A DNA stretch of 64,000 bases, from assembly GCF_036321535.1 (NCBI RefSeq), contig NC_087472.1, forward strand, positions 100,814,001 through 100,878,000. The letters run 5' to 3'. Every line of letters starts with the position of its first letter. Position 1 is the stretch's first letter. Source of the stretch: Camelus dromedarius (Eukaryota). The notes below the pieces were generated by a model. That model was not told the origin of the DNA. It worked only from the letters and a program-made list of their open reading frames with translations, and did no database searches. A program made the translations under genes and the position numbers. Shown piece after piece: positions 13,666 to 29,515 of the stretch.

Positions 13666-13851
13666 AACAGCAACAAGAGAAGACAGCGGAGGACGTCATC
13701 ATGTCAGAAGAAGGCGATGGAGGACTTATGAGGCATGTATTGACCCAGGATATTTTCTTTCTTTTACATGATACTTAATATTAATGCTGAACTTGAAAGA
13801 AACCATTACAAATAATGACAAATTACATTTCCCTTATCAAACAATGTCTCA

Positions 13852-14130
<279 letters not shown>

Positions 14131-14885
14131 TCAAAGCAGTTCTCATGTTATTCTACTGCATTTTTCTCACATAAATAAAATTGAAAAAAGATAAATCAAA
14201 TCCTCATTTGCCCTCCCTAAAACTTTCATGTTTTCTGAGGCTGGAGGCATTCCAGGGAACACTCTTCCCCCTCCCTCCCCGCTGCCTCCTCTCCTTGCCA
14301 CCTACTGTAACAGTAACTTGCAAGGGTCAGTTAACACCAGGCAATATATATTCAAACATAAGTAAGTGTGTCACCTGATAAATTGGAGAACATTGCAGGA
14401 TATTTAAAAGTATGAATATGATACCCCCTCCCCCACTATTTTGACATTCTTTTTAAGTTGAGGCTTTCTTACATCATAGACCCAACTATTTAAAATCTAT
14501 TCTTAGTCTAAACTGATTCTTAACAGTATATGTGCTAGAATACGCAAACTACAGTTTAAGTTTTGTCACTTGGGAGGTAGCATCAATTTTACATTTTTAA
14601 AAACTAAATTCCAAAGATGTTCAGTTATTTGCACAAAAATATTATTTTTCTCTAAGTTCTCAATCTAGGAATAAACAGAAAGACAAACCACAAGTTACGT
14701 GAATAAATTTTTTTTGTTTTTTGGGGGAGGATGTGTTACTATCTTTTTTTGTCAATTTCTAAGCTTGGTCATAAATCAAAATACATTGCAAATTTCTCCA
14801 CAAAAGGAATATACAGGCTGTATATCAAGATAAATGACACCATTTTACTTGACTTTTAGCCAGTAGGATTGAAAATGGGAAATAT

Positions 14886-14973
14886 TCTGGAAACATCTGT
14901 CATTTCAATGATACCACTAAATCTTCATCCAGTTAGATTCAGTAGTATCATTGAAATGACAGATGTCTCCAGA
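14886..14973. repeat. Inverted repeat, 39-bp arms, 10-nt loop
   Basis: 14886-14924 vs reverse complement of 14935-14973: 36 of 39 identical. Confidence 0.95.
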
Positions 14974-15894
14974 TGTTTCACCTAGTGAAATCTTTTCCTT
15001 CTATTTCTGGACTTTCTAAAATGAAAATGTTCTACCTGCCAAACCCTGAAGTTGATTATGAGGAAAATGAATGAGGGCTTTTACTGATACTAGCTAATTT
15101 AATTTATTTGCAATCAAAATAAAATTGCATTTCCAGAGGTCAGAGACTAATTAATTAATTAGATACTTCATTAACATTTTAATATTAGAGTATACTCTCC
15201 AGACATCTATAGAAATAACATGTATATGACTGATTTTGGAAGTAAAGCTTAAAGTGAGAGAAAAGACTTTTCCTTAGGTACACTACAATTTTGTTTTAAT
15301 TAACTTTAATTTGAATTAAAATTTTAGTCCCATAAGGTTCTGAAGTAACCAAGCATCAGAAAACAGGATGATAAATGCATTAAAAGGCATATTCAATGCC
15401 TTATGCTCTTCTCAAAGGCGAGGCTGAGGGAACAGAGTAGCCTAATCATTCAATATACATTAGGTTCTGAGTAATACTTGCCTGTATTTATTTAGCCCAG
15501 GTTCCTCGTTAAAATGATCAAGCAGTTGTCCATGTTCCCCCCTACTTCCTGCCCCTTTCCAGCTGTCCTTTCAAATCCATGGAATAATGAGAAGCTGTGC
15601 AATGTGGGCATGGAAGCTATAGAAGGTCATGGTGACCCTTGAAGGAGGCTTTGAGAAACTAAGCCTCCCGGACCCAGGACCTCGTGGTGCCCTGGTGGGC
15701 CTGCTGCCAGTCTCCTCACTAGGGGCTGGGGCTCCCCAGGGGCTCCCACTCTATTACTACATAGTTCCTCAAAGGGGATGCCTTTTCCTGTCAACCTCTC
15801 CTCCTAAATCCACTCAGCCCCTGAAACATCTGCTTCAGCTGTCTGTTAAACATCAAAGTACATTTTTAAGGCCGTCCAAGTATACTTTTGATGA

Positions 15895-16790
15895 TTTTCT
15901 TTCATTCAATCAGCAAATATTTCTGAAACTGCTAGGCAGTGTGCTAGTTAGTGAGGTTAAAAGAGGAAAAGGTAAAGGGCTCTGTAACTTCATGAGAGAG
16001 AAGCACAGACAAAGAATCAGTACCGTGTGGTGTGTGTCACATTAGAGACAAGGAACCATGGGCGGAACAGAACAGGAAACCCTTCACTTTGTCTGGGAGG
16101 GCAGGGAAGTCATCACACTACAGAGGACCTCAAAGCAGAATCTCAAAAGAGACAGAAACCAGTTGTCCGAGCAGGGGGAGGTATGCGTTCAGGCCATAGA
16201 GGGGCATGGCCTGTACACCAGAGTCCCACAGGCTGGGCACCAGAGCGGAGGGGGAGGAGCTGGAGAGAACAGCAAGGGCCAGGGCATGGGAAGTCTAGAA
16301 TGCCATCTTAGGGAACTCAGATTTTGCCCTGATGCCAATGCGAAGCCAGCAGAGGACTCTCAGCAGATGTGAGATAGAAGACTGGGGGTTGGGCAGTGGG
16401 AGACAATGGGCTGCTCTGCTCTATGCTTTTCCCTGTAACATTTATTACCTTTTAGTGCTCTCCGTAATTATTACATTTAGCGTTGCTCTCTCCTCATGAG
16501 AATGTGAGCTCTATGAGGGTGGAGACCTGTGGCTGTCTTGTTCACGGACACGTTCTACATTAGAACAGTGTCAGGCACACAAGTGATATGGATAAAAATT
16601 TTATGACTTAATCCAAAGAATGAGTGGTGTGGTCAGAACACAGCTTCAGAAGGATCATTCCAGGAACAGTATTGATGGTAACCTTAGAGATAGGGAGACC
16701 GGTTGGGAGGCTACTCAAAGAACCCAAGTCAGAAGCCACGAGGGTCTGAACTAAGACAGTGGGACCAATAAGGCCAGGAGACGTGTTGGA
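15895..16790 (-). mobile_element. L2 fragment containing an oppositely oriented L2 3' end (about 16430-16615)
   Basis: ttcattcaatcagcaaatattt (antisense L2 tail) and a purine-rich body; inner tgagctctatgagggtggagacctgtggctgtcttgttcac...tagaacagtgtcaggcaca. Confidence 0.6.
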
Positions 16791-16907
16791 AGGTGACAGT
16801 GCAGGTGAGAATGATGCTTACCTGAAGTCAGGGCAGTGAAAGGTAGCGGAGGGTGTGGGCTGGAGGTGTAGTGGGGGACAGAGAAGAGAGGACCCCGGTG
16901 GGTGCTA

Positions 16908-17081
<174 letters not shown>

Positions 17082-17298
17082 CTATGAACTTCAAATGGTG
17101 CCTAAGTGATCTATAATTTACCCCAGGATCTATTAAAGAGAAAACTCATGAGGAAAATTGCTGACTTTATAAGCCAGTTCAAATTAAGTGTGAGAGATTG
17201 GGTATGAATACATTTTAAAAGCTAGGCTGTAATGATGTTGAATGACCAATCTTTACAGACATGTTTTATCATAAAAGGTAGCAGCTCTGGAAAATTCA

Positions 17299-17445
<147 letters not shown>

Positions 17446-19077
17446 CTAGGGATGAAAATCACCTAAATCACTATGGGCTTTACTTGGCATAACCAGTGCC
17501 TTAACTGGCTAAAATTAAAAATGTGAGTTGGCTAAAACACAAATTGTCCCATAAAAGTGAATCATCTGATGAATGTAAAACAAGTGAAACAAATGTCATG
17601 CAGATGGAAAGTGAAATTCTCATTAAAGTTAATACGAGCAGGGAATGGATTACTCTGAAAATAGTTCAATTAATTATTAAAAACAAAGAAAATTATCTTC
17701 CTAATATCCAGAAAGTCATGATTTTGAGTAGCACTCAATTAGGATAGAAATAGAGATTCTATTAGTTAATCCAAAACTTCTCTAGCAGATTTTAGGCTGA
17801 GTTCTCCAAAAAGAACTGTACAGAAGCAAAATTATTTTTTATGAAGGACTTACAATTGCAGATTCAGATAAAAACAAATGTTCTTTGGATATATCAAGGA
17901 ATTGAATCAGTTCCCTTAAAAATTTCTGTCTTAAAAATTCCCTAACTACTGCAGTTTATATACTTAAGTTTTCTTTTCAACCTTCTCCATGATAAGAGGT
18001 ACTTATATTTCATGTATTTTCTTAATAATCACGACAGCACTCATCTCTGGAGACACTACTTATTTCTCTCAAGGAAGTGGGTCACAAGCTAAGAGTAGCA
18101 CTGGTCCACAGTGGTGTTCACTGAGGGGAAAAGTAGCATTTTCTAGCCTCAGAAAAAAGGATTAAGGAATAAAATCACCAAGCAATTCGGAGGAGTTAGC
18201 TGCACTGCATATCTGTACATTATGCACAAAGAGTATTATCTTGAGCCTTACACAGTATGTCAAAAACACTTGATTTAAAATTTAAAATGTGATTCTTTCC
18301 CCCTCCCTCCCCAAATGTACTGTGAAAGGATTCTGGGCAGGAAATCATCCAATATAATAGTCTTTCTTCTTGCTACTTTGTGACGAGATCTTATTTGAAT
18401 TTTATCACCTGTATTGTTAACAAAGACCTATAGAAAACTATTTTAGAAAAAACAAATGATTTGCATCTAACATAAACTCTAAGTGACAGTGCCAGTCCAG
18501 TCCCCTTGCTCTTGAAGGTGGCTACAGCCCTTTCAAGAGAGTGATTCCTGTCATTTATTCAGTTACTTGTCAAACCGTCTGCCATCTTTGTGCCTTTAAA
18601 CTTGTACTTTCTTGCAGCTTGGCACTGTACCTCGCGAACTGGACTTAGAATTCAGTAACAGTTGGATCTGTGCTTAGCCTACAGTTACGGTTTTATAATC
18701 AGCTTATTTCCACCATGTTCACAAAGTCTTTTCTCTGGAATGCTCAGAGAGCCAGTCCAATTTGTCCTTTTTCTGAAGTATAGGGTTTTTTTTGTTCTTC
18801 TTACTTCCCTGTTTACACCACGCTTAATGCTAACATATTTTACCTGGTTCTGAGCTTCATGTAATGTCTACGGGCAGCTGCCAGACTCTAGAGATCTTTC
18901 TAGACCCTAGAGGCTCTCTTCTCTCTAGAGGGGCTCCTCCGATCACTGCTGACTCTAATCATGGCATCTCCTGCCATGTGCATCTCCTACCCTCTCTCAC
19001 GTGGGCCTCAGACAGTCTTTCCAACCTCATGGAGAACGTATCTGCATAGGGGCCCAGGGTCACACTTCAATATGTCA

Positions 19078-19245
19078 GCATGATACAGTGCAGAGCACTG
19101 GCCTAGGGACCTGGACAGTGCCTCATGATCCCAGCTCTGCCCTGAAACGTGGGCAATCCACCCAACTTCTCAGAACCTCAGCATGCTCGCCTGTGAAATG
19201 AAGGGGCTAGATTAGGTGACTTCAAGTCCTCTCATCTACTCTGAA
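19078..19245 (+). mobile_element. MIR SINE
   Basis: agagcactggcc...cccagctctgcc...gggcaatcca...cctgtgaaatgaaggggctagattag. Confidence 0.65.
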
Positions 19246-20164
19246 AAGGAGCTCCTAGAAAAGAAACCTTGAAGGCTTCCTTTTTCCTATATTCAAGCCT
19301 TCTGAGGAGTTGCCACCTCTGAGGAGTCTTTAAGACCCAGTCTTTCTCTGTTTTCTCACTGGCAGAACATATTCTCCTCACCTCTTCCTTTGATTATTGC
19401 AAAAGCCACACTACATCTTGTATTTTTCACTTCAGTCGTGTGGCACAAGTTGCAATCCCACAGCTCACCATGGTACTTAATGTTTCAATTACCCTCCTCC
19501 TCCAGATGCCCTTTTCTGCCCTCCCTTCGAGCCTCTTTCCTGATGTCAACTCTACTTTCTTCCCCTGGTGCAACCCCAAACATCCCAGAAGTCTCTGTTC
19601 AGATTCCACCCCGGCCCTTGGGGGCCTCGCACAACCCCCTGCCCAGGCTGTGCGGTGCCTCTCTGTCCTCACGGTGCACACACTCTGGCACAGTGTGGGC
19701 ACACCGCCTCACTGTATTCTCACCACTGATCTGCTGGCAAGTGACATCCCACCACCCCCAGCCCATACATTCTAAGAGGACAGGGGCCACATCTTCTTCT
19801 AATTAGAGCCTATCACGGTGCCTAGGTCAGTAAATGCCCGATTATATCTTCATCCTTTAGCCATCCAAACCTCTCTCTACATCTAAGCTCAGAGCAAGAT
19901 CTTCAGTTGCCCCTAAAGCCATTTCTGATTGCTTCTGCTCACAGAGATCTCCCCCTGTCCTCTACTCTTTTTTATAGCCAGTGCCACAGAAATTTGGCTG
20001 TTAATTATTTCATCGTTATCATGTATAATTTAATCTTAACTGAGAGAAGATAAATTTCTCAAGGGCAAGAACTCTGTCTCAGACTCGAGTGCCTGAGAAT
20101 ACCCAGAATAGAGAAAGTATTCAATGTCTCTAAGAACAGCCCCCACTAGCCCAGAAGCAGTGGG

Positions 20165-20370
20165 AATAACTAAAACACTTACTCTGTGCCTGGCATGGGG
20201 CACACAGTGCTTTATATACTGTGTTTAATCCTCACAGCAACACTCAGATGAGAAATTGAGGCACAGAGAGATTATACCACTTTCCCAAATTTATATAGTT
20301 TGAACCACACTGCAGAACTGGGATACAAACCCAGGTCTGCCTGGCTTTCCAGCCCAAGCTCTGAGCTACT
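20165..20370 (-). mobile_element. MIR SINE
   Basis: tttaatcctcacagcaa...cagatgagaaattgaggcacagagag...gaactgggatacaaacccaggtctg. Confidence 0.75.
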
Positions 20371-21205
20371 TTGCTGCACCGACTGCTCAGTTACTGAAAA
20401 TCTCCCCCTCCCCGGCACTCATCTTGCTAAGCCTACTGTTATTACAGAGTCCATCGCATTTTCCAGAGTTCTGATACACTGATGAACCCATTTTCATAAC
20501 CTCTAAAAGGAGAGTACTTTCCCTACATGAAACTTTTTTCTCCTTCTGATGCTGGTTTTTCTCCACCTTCATTTCTTTGATGCAGGTGAATGTTTCATAA
20601 CACAAAAATATAATTTTTAAAATGTGTGTTCTGTTGTAAGAATGCTATTTCTTTTAAACAAGTTAGTGTCAGTTCTGAAGTCTGAAGATCAATAAGATGG
20701 AGAGAGCATTATGCTAAAAACATTGCCTTGAGATTTAAAAACAATCCAAAAGACAAAATTAACATTTATCCTGGCCTGAAGTTACATTTACCTATGGTTC
20801 TGGATAAATTTAAAACTTTTCAATTCAGTTAAGGTATCGAGTAATGTATTAGCAAAAGAGTTTGATTTAACCAAATGTGGTTTGGAGAGATTAGAGAAAA
20901 GCCCCATGAATTCACACTGAATTTTGAGAAATTTAAAAACTAACCCATATAGTTGATGAATTCTGTAATAAATCAAAATAGGATTCTCTGAACAAAATAT
21001 GCCAGAAAGGAACATTTAAGAAAGGAAACAGATTTTGAAAAACAAGCTTTTTGAGATCTCATGAGTATTCAACAACTGGCTTAAATAAATTTTTAAAAAA
21101 GTATATTGAAACAGATTAGTTGTTCAGGTATTGCTTTCCCTAAATGTGTCCTATCAAGAAAGTAGGACCTTGTGCAGGAGAGACAACCACACACTGACCC
21201 CATCA

Positions 21206-22237
<1,032 letters not shown>

Positions 22238-23829
22238 TTAAAAACAAAAGAAGTATATCAGTTTTACCTTAAGAACAGACACACAAAAAGTAACACTAGG
22301 AAAAAAAAACCTAAAACACTTCAAAGACTAAAAACAGTAACTCTGTCAAACACGTGACGATAAATAACAAGGAATCTATCAATAAGAAGAAAGTTGCTTA
22401 GAGCAAGTCACTCTGCAACAAAGCACTGATCCTGATGAAGTGCTTTTGGCATTATTAAATGCTCAGCTGACTTGCTGCCAACACAGCTTCTAACTGATCA
22501 TCTGGGAAAACGTGCTATTGCTATGTTGGTGCTCACTTGAGTGTGGGTTAACAAAGCCTGTGAAGAAGAAGAGAACTGAGCTACAGGCAAACTCAGAAGG
22601 CAACATTTAGATTTGCAGGTCACTGGATTTCTTGCACTTTGTTTTTATTGGTAAGAGACACAGCCTGCCTCAGAGATACACAATCACAGCACATACATCC
22701 AAGTACCAATGTCTCTTTTATCTTTAGCCTGTACAATCAACGACTGAGAATTTGAGCAATGTCCTCCAGAAAAGAAAATGATATTCTAAAATGAAGTGTG
22801 AACTGCCTGGTGAGGTTTGTTGGAAAACATGATGATCAATGTTTATGTTTTAGAGAAGTGGCAATTCTTGGGGCATGTCAGATACCTCTTGTACACTAAA
22901 TAGGAACACGTCTCTGGATCACAGGGATCTAGAGAGTTAATTTCTCTCCAAAAGACAAAATTTATTCTCTTCTTCATTTTACACTTCATTATTCCAAACT
23001 GACTAAGGCCTTCTTTAGGACTGAAAGCTTCATTTCCTACTTGGTTTAAAATACAAAATATAAATCCTGAGGAAAACCTTGTCCTCTATTTAAAAGGTGA
23101 AACTGACATTGCAGCAAGGTCATTTTGTCCTACTGTACCTATTTAATGGACCGATTTGTGGTCTGAAATAGGTGAGAGCATTTTTAAATGAATAATAATT
23201 TACACAATTTCCTTTTGACTATGCACTCAAAATGTTGCTATTGCTAAAGATGATTTGATTTGGGAGAGTTTTGTTTCCATCACACACTAGAGGAAAAGTC
23301 ATGTTTTTTTCCCTTGTAGAATGGTAACCTGCGAAACAATCCCTTCTTGTTTTTCCTATGAGAATCCACTTGCTCGGGCATCAAAGGTAAGGGCCTCTTC
23401 CTCTCATCCTACCTTTCAGACTGTTAAAAGGTCTCTGGTATCAAGCACGCCTGCAATAGTGTAAAAGGCCTCATCTCTTAGATGCACTTACTAATCTCTC
23501 CCAGTTGGGGCACCAAAATTGCAGCATTAAATAAAGTCACTAAAATAGGAGCTAACTAAACAGCAGACTCCAGTCCAAGAAAGAAATTACAAAGAAAGTT
23601 TCACTTTCTGTTAAATGATATTAACAGATCAATAGAGGACAGTCTCCATGTCCTAAAGGCATCAGGCTTTAAATCATTAGTCATTTGTCAACTTACATCT
23701 TGGTAACTAAAATATCTTAGCAACTTTTCAAAAACCCAAATGATGCTAGGTAAATAGTCTCATCCAGAAACAGATCTCACTAAGTGTGCTGGTTATTCTC
23801 AATTTGCCCTACCCCCCCATCCATTCCCC

Positions 23830-24095
23830 ACTCCCCTCTGCCCCATCCTGGGCCTAGAGGACTGCGCAGTATGTCATCCAGGCTCCCATGTCACCTAACT
23901 CCCAGCTGGGCTTAGCAGTGCAACTGGCTGGGGGCTGTCTCCCCTGCTCCTTCCTGGCAGTGCCCCCTGACTCAGATCGCAGCAGTGCCTCTAGATGACA
24001 GTGCCCATGAGGTGTCTCCTTCTGGCTGGCTTCTCTGGGCTCTCCTAACCCTATTTCTTCCCTTCTCCTTCAGGCCTAGAGAGACTAACAGCAGA
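23830..24095. mobile_element. ERVL-type LTR remnant (LTR33/LTR16-like)
   Basis: GC-richer patch ending ccttctccttcaggcctagagagactaacagc, resembling ERVL LTR motifs. Confidence 0.4.
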
Positions 24096-26770
24096 GATAA
24101 CACATGCAGATGTCGTGAAATGCCCAAAGCTCCAAAGAGGACTAGAAAAGGACAGAGAACAGGGAAGACAGCTGCTAGAGCTTTTCAATTCTTGAAAACA
24201 CTGCTCTCAACATGGAGCACAAACCTACATATGTTAGGGAGAACACATTCATAGTAACACAATTTCTAATGTGAAAAGGGAAGCTATAAAGTTAAGGTAG
24301 AAACATTTGTCAAAGAATTAGGTTTCCCATAAATGTACAAAGAGCCTAAACTGCTATTCTGAAAGTTTCTGTCATGGTATTAATCTGATGCCACTGAGCT
24401 CTGCACACAGTTCCTATGTAAAAAGGGCACCATACTATCTTCAGATTGGAGTTTTGCCAAAGCACAATAAACAACTGCTTCAGAAATTCCATAGATCTCT
24501 TTGATACACACCTGTCAGGAATCTGTGTTAAACTGCCAACCACTTAAGAGGATTTTATATATAAACCCTTAAATGGTTGGCAGGACAGACAGATAGATGG
24601 GTAATCTCTAGTTAAAATAACTTTTCAAAGCAAACATCAAAGATGCAAAACTACATTTTTACGGGGAAGACTGGCGAAGCAGGACTGGTGAGCACGCAGC
24701 GTGTGGCAGGATAAAGCACCACTCCACCACGTCCAAGGTAAGCAGAACCTCAGGAGAGTCTGAAGGAGACTAAGGTAAGGGCTAGGTAATGCAAGAGTTC
24801 ACTGCCTCTCCTATAGTGACATGAACCTGGATGACAGAAAACAGAGTGGATGAGGATATGTGTATGGGGACACATATGCATCTCAGGTACAAGGCAGGGT
24901 ATCCGATATGAAATGGTGCCCTGAACATCTCTACAACAGTGCTAGGAAGTCCGAGGGAGCCATGGTCTGTGCAGAATTAGTATCCCCAACAAGGGCTTCC
25001 ATGGAGGAAACATGAACCATAGACAAGTGGGAGTGAAGAATATTTCCAGATACTTGTAAAATGAGCTAATGGGTTTCTTTCCTAGAGAAACCATTTAGGG
25101 CTTTTTCTTTAATATAGTCAATATAGTTGAGACCTGAAAACGAATTCTTCCAGAGAGTTTCATTTACTTATAATTTCTCCTGTCATCTGCTTCAAAAGGG
25201 GATTTGGCAGGACTTCTCAAAGATCTATATAAATCATATCCTCATCACCACACACATCCTTCTCGACAGATCTTTAAAGAAGGTTCCCAAGGAGAGCCTC
25301 AGATCCCCACTGGGGATCTCTCTCAAGTGAGTCACTAGAGGATGAATACCCACTTTTGGAGTATGGTTACACCACTAATCACTACAGCACAAATCAAAAA
25401 TTTATCATCCATCTACTGAACTTTCTATCGTTGGGACCCTTTTTCTTTGCAAATGTAAACTAGAGTACTCAAGTGACAATTAATATAGAAGGGAGACAAA
25501 AGTACCTGAACTGGGAGTGACCCTAGATAAGACACAGGCATAATATGAACCTCCTAAATGCATATGATGAATACTGGTCCTTGCCTAGTGTACTGATCTC
25601 ATGGGAAGTGACAGGCCAAGTGAACACAAACTTGGTGAAAAAAAAATTTGAATCTGCTCCCAGGCCTCTTTGAAAACAAACAGGTAAGAATGGTTTATAA
25701 GATGTGAGGGAAATGATAACCAAACCAGTCATTTTAACGAGAGTTGACAGTTGTAAAGCACCATCACATCATCGCAGCTAAGCAGAGAAAATGTAGTGGT
25801 TACTGTTAATTTATAGATGCACTCACAGATCTAAAAAGTACCGGGTCTTAAGCTTGCAAAATTCCAACTGGTTAGGAACAACTGTTTTATGTAGAGAGAA
25901 AGGGGGATAATGGGAGAAAACGTATATTCAAAAAGCTTCATATTAAGAATTATTGTTTTCTCTTTCTCTTCTAACAGTAGATGAGAAAAACTACTTCCTA
26001 GCTCCCATAGCTTACACATCACTAGATGAGAAGACCAGCTTCTTGGAAGAGGAAAGAAGACAGGGAGAGGACACTGCCCCTGTAAATGCAGCCAACAGAA
26101 GTAAGGAATGCCACTTTTCGAGAGAGAACCTGACTGCAGGATCCAGCTCCTTGTGCTCCCCACCTCACTCCCCACCCTGGACACAGAGGTTTGTTTTTTA
26201 AAAAGACTATGCTGAGTATTATATTTAAAAAGCACCAATTTTAATCACGATCTACCAAACTGACTTTACAATTTCCATATTCTTATTCTCATGAAAAACT
26301 AATTTCTCAACTCAGTGATAAAAAGACAAGAGGAAAAAAGCCCCTTCCACAGAGCCAGAACAACTTGGTTCAGTTGCAAAGGTTGTCCCAGTGTTTGACA
26401 TCCTCTTCTCCTTCCAGAAATCCCCTCGCCCTCACCCATCCTTCTTTGTCCAGGTTAACCCCCCTGAGTCACATGTACACAGAATCTTCCAGCTCATGAA
26501 GCTAGAAACCCCCTTAGTTGCTAATCAATGCTACCTTTCACAAGGAATGCATAGGTTTCCCTGGGAAAATCTTGTAAAATATAAGAAAGTCTTTAAGACC
26601 CACACAACTCTTTAACTGTGGTTCTGAATCATGCAATAAGCATAAGGAAGATATTTTTGAATAAGGAGGGCTTTCCTTCTTTTCTCTAATTGCATCATTT
26701 AAGCAGCCACCTCCTCCACCTACTTGTAAGACCAACACTGCATCTGTATTTCCTTAAAAGGGAATATTTA

Positions 26771-27049
<279 letters not shown>

Positions 27050-27399
27050 TTAATCCAAAAAAAGTTTTAATGGACTATTTAAACCCATAATCTTACCATT
27101 GTTGTCCTCTGGGAATATGCTCTCCCAGCCCTTTAAAAAATACCCCATATTTTAAAATATTTTTCTCTTTTACAAAATCTGGCTTATATACTTAAGTTTT
27201 GTCTCCTGCACTTCTCACTTACTAATTAAAAACATTTTTACAACATAATTTAAACATTTAAAATATATTTTTGAATAAGTATATCGTCACATAAAAGAAT
27301 ATACATTCTTTATCTTTTTCTTGTCCTCCTTTCTGGAGGCAGTCCATGTTACCAGTTTCTTCTGCAGCCTTCCACAGGTACTTTGTACATACCTCTATC

Positions 27400-28170
27400 T
27401 GCTCCTTCTGTTTTACCCAATAGTAGCACACATACAATAGTTTGCACTTAGCTTTCTTTCCACTGGACATTAGATCTTAAGAGATCATTCCATATCAGTA
27501 AACAGCTTCAACTCTATGGATGTACTTTAGGCTGCTTTTAGCATTTCCCTAGTGATAAACATTTCAGCTGTTTCCCTTCTTTTATTATTATGAACAAAGC
27601 TGCAACAAATAACTTTACAACGTGTTTTAAATGACTACATGGAATTTTGTAGTATGATTTATTTAATGATGTATTGTTGGATGTTTATATGGCTGCCACT
27701 TTTCACTATTATAATTAATATGCTGTGATAAACAACTAAAATTATTGCATACATCCATGATCCCTTGCATGGGATAAGCTCCTAGATAAGGAAATGGTAG
27801 GTATGCAAGCTTTTAAGGATTACTTTTTATGTGTTGCCAAATTACCCCCTAGGAAGGTTGTCTCAAATAATACTACTCTCAGCAATTGAGAGCCTACCAA
27901 GTTCCAGGCCCCCTCATCAACAATAGGTATTATTCTTCTTTTTAGTACATACTTGTAAATTAGCTATTTAAAAAATGGTATCTCACAGCTGTTTTAATTC
28001 ACATCTTTGATTACTAGTGAGCCTGAATATTTTTGTTTATTGGGTACTTATATTACTTCTTTTCGCATTTTTATATTTGTGTATCTGTCCTAACTTATTT
28101 GTAAGTGTTCTTTATTCATTAGTGTTTTAAGTTTTTTACAACTAAAATGTTTTCTTCTAATATTATTTAT
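27400..28170 (-). mobile_element. Old L1 (L1M) fragment(s)
   Basis: T-rich antisense L1 motifs: tctatggatgtac, aaagctgcaacaaataac, ttgccaaattacccc, aaaatggtatctcacagctgttttaatt. Confidence 0.65.
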
Positions 28171-29249
28171 CTGATTACTAACTGGACAAGATTTTAAAAG
28201 GTAATTATTAAAACTGATTTTTATTGACAAATCACACAAATAGATGTAGAAACATAAGCTATACAACCTAAGACAACTCAATAGAGCACACTGAAATTTG
28301 CTCTCTTGAGTGATGGACATTCTCTCTCAGACAAAGGAAGAAGGGTGAAATTCCAGCATTCCCAAATCCATCTATAGCTCACTTTCATTGGTTTTGCCCA
28401 CAGTTAATCTCTTTTTGATCCACTACTGATCAGCAAGAGCAAATCTGGATTTGTTCTCAATCAGCCAGAATTCAAATTCAGACAACTGCTTTCAACCTTA
28501 GCTCCACAGAAAATTTGAATTCTGATCCTATCACATACCGAAATCTTCACTTTGGGTGAAAAGATTCCAGTAATCCAAGCTACTGCTCACATACAACATT
28601 CATGTTGACTCAGACACAACTCTGAAGTATCTCAATACTTTCTTCTTCCTTATTAGAAGACAAAAACTATGGAGGTATATGAAATGGTTTTGGTCTCGCT
28701 GGTAGTTAAGGCAGTTAATATCAAAATGGTTTCAACTGCATAATGCTAGTTAAAAACAAAGGAAAGTTGCCTCTGAGTAGTATTTTAAATTAAAGTACAT
28801 ATGACCTTTCGGAAGCCAAACATCTAGCATTGAAGTACTATTTTAATTTATTTAAGATTATCAAGAGTACAAATTGTACATACAATGAATTAATTTTATA
28901 TTTCTGAATACAGCTGTTCATTTTCAAACACTTGGAAGGATGAGGTCATTATGAGAAAAGTATGAAACTTACTGAGTAAATAGTTTCAAAATTCAGCACT
29001 TGGGGGGAAAAACAATTTTTTTTAAGTAAAAAAGAGCCCATATAATTATTATAGCTGTTCTTTACATTATTAGTGGCTTGGATTAATTCTGGGGATGTAT
29101 CCCCAGTAAAATGGCTGATGTATAAACAGATGCAGGATGAGACAGCCATTTTAGGTACTTATATATGGACAAAATTACCAAATCTGCTTTAGGGAATGGC
29201 ATAGAGAATGTATTTTTTCAAGAAAGGATAAATGGTGTTATTTTTCAAA

Positions 29250-29515
29250 TTCATTTTCAAAAAAAGCTAAAAGACAAAAGGAATAACTATATTTCTATAA
29301 CATTCAGTAATAAAGAAAGCAGTATTAATCTTTGGTGATAGAAGTCAGAATCCTGGTTTCCTGGGAAGGGGTCATGGAAGAGGCATCCAGGGTGTTAATA
29401 ATTTCCTGTATCTCATTCTGATTGGGGTTACATGGATATGTTTACATTATAAAAATTAACTCAGAGGTACATTTATAATTTGTGTACTTTCTGAATATAC
29501 ATTTCAATAAATGTT
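29250..29515 (+). mobile_element. L1ME-type 3' end
   Basis: gaagtcagaat...ttcctgtatctcattctgattggggttacatggatatgtttac...gtgtactttctg...tttcaataaa. Confidence 0.65.
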
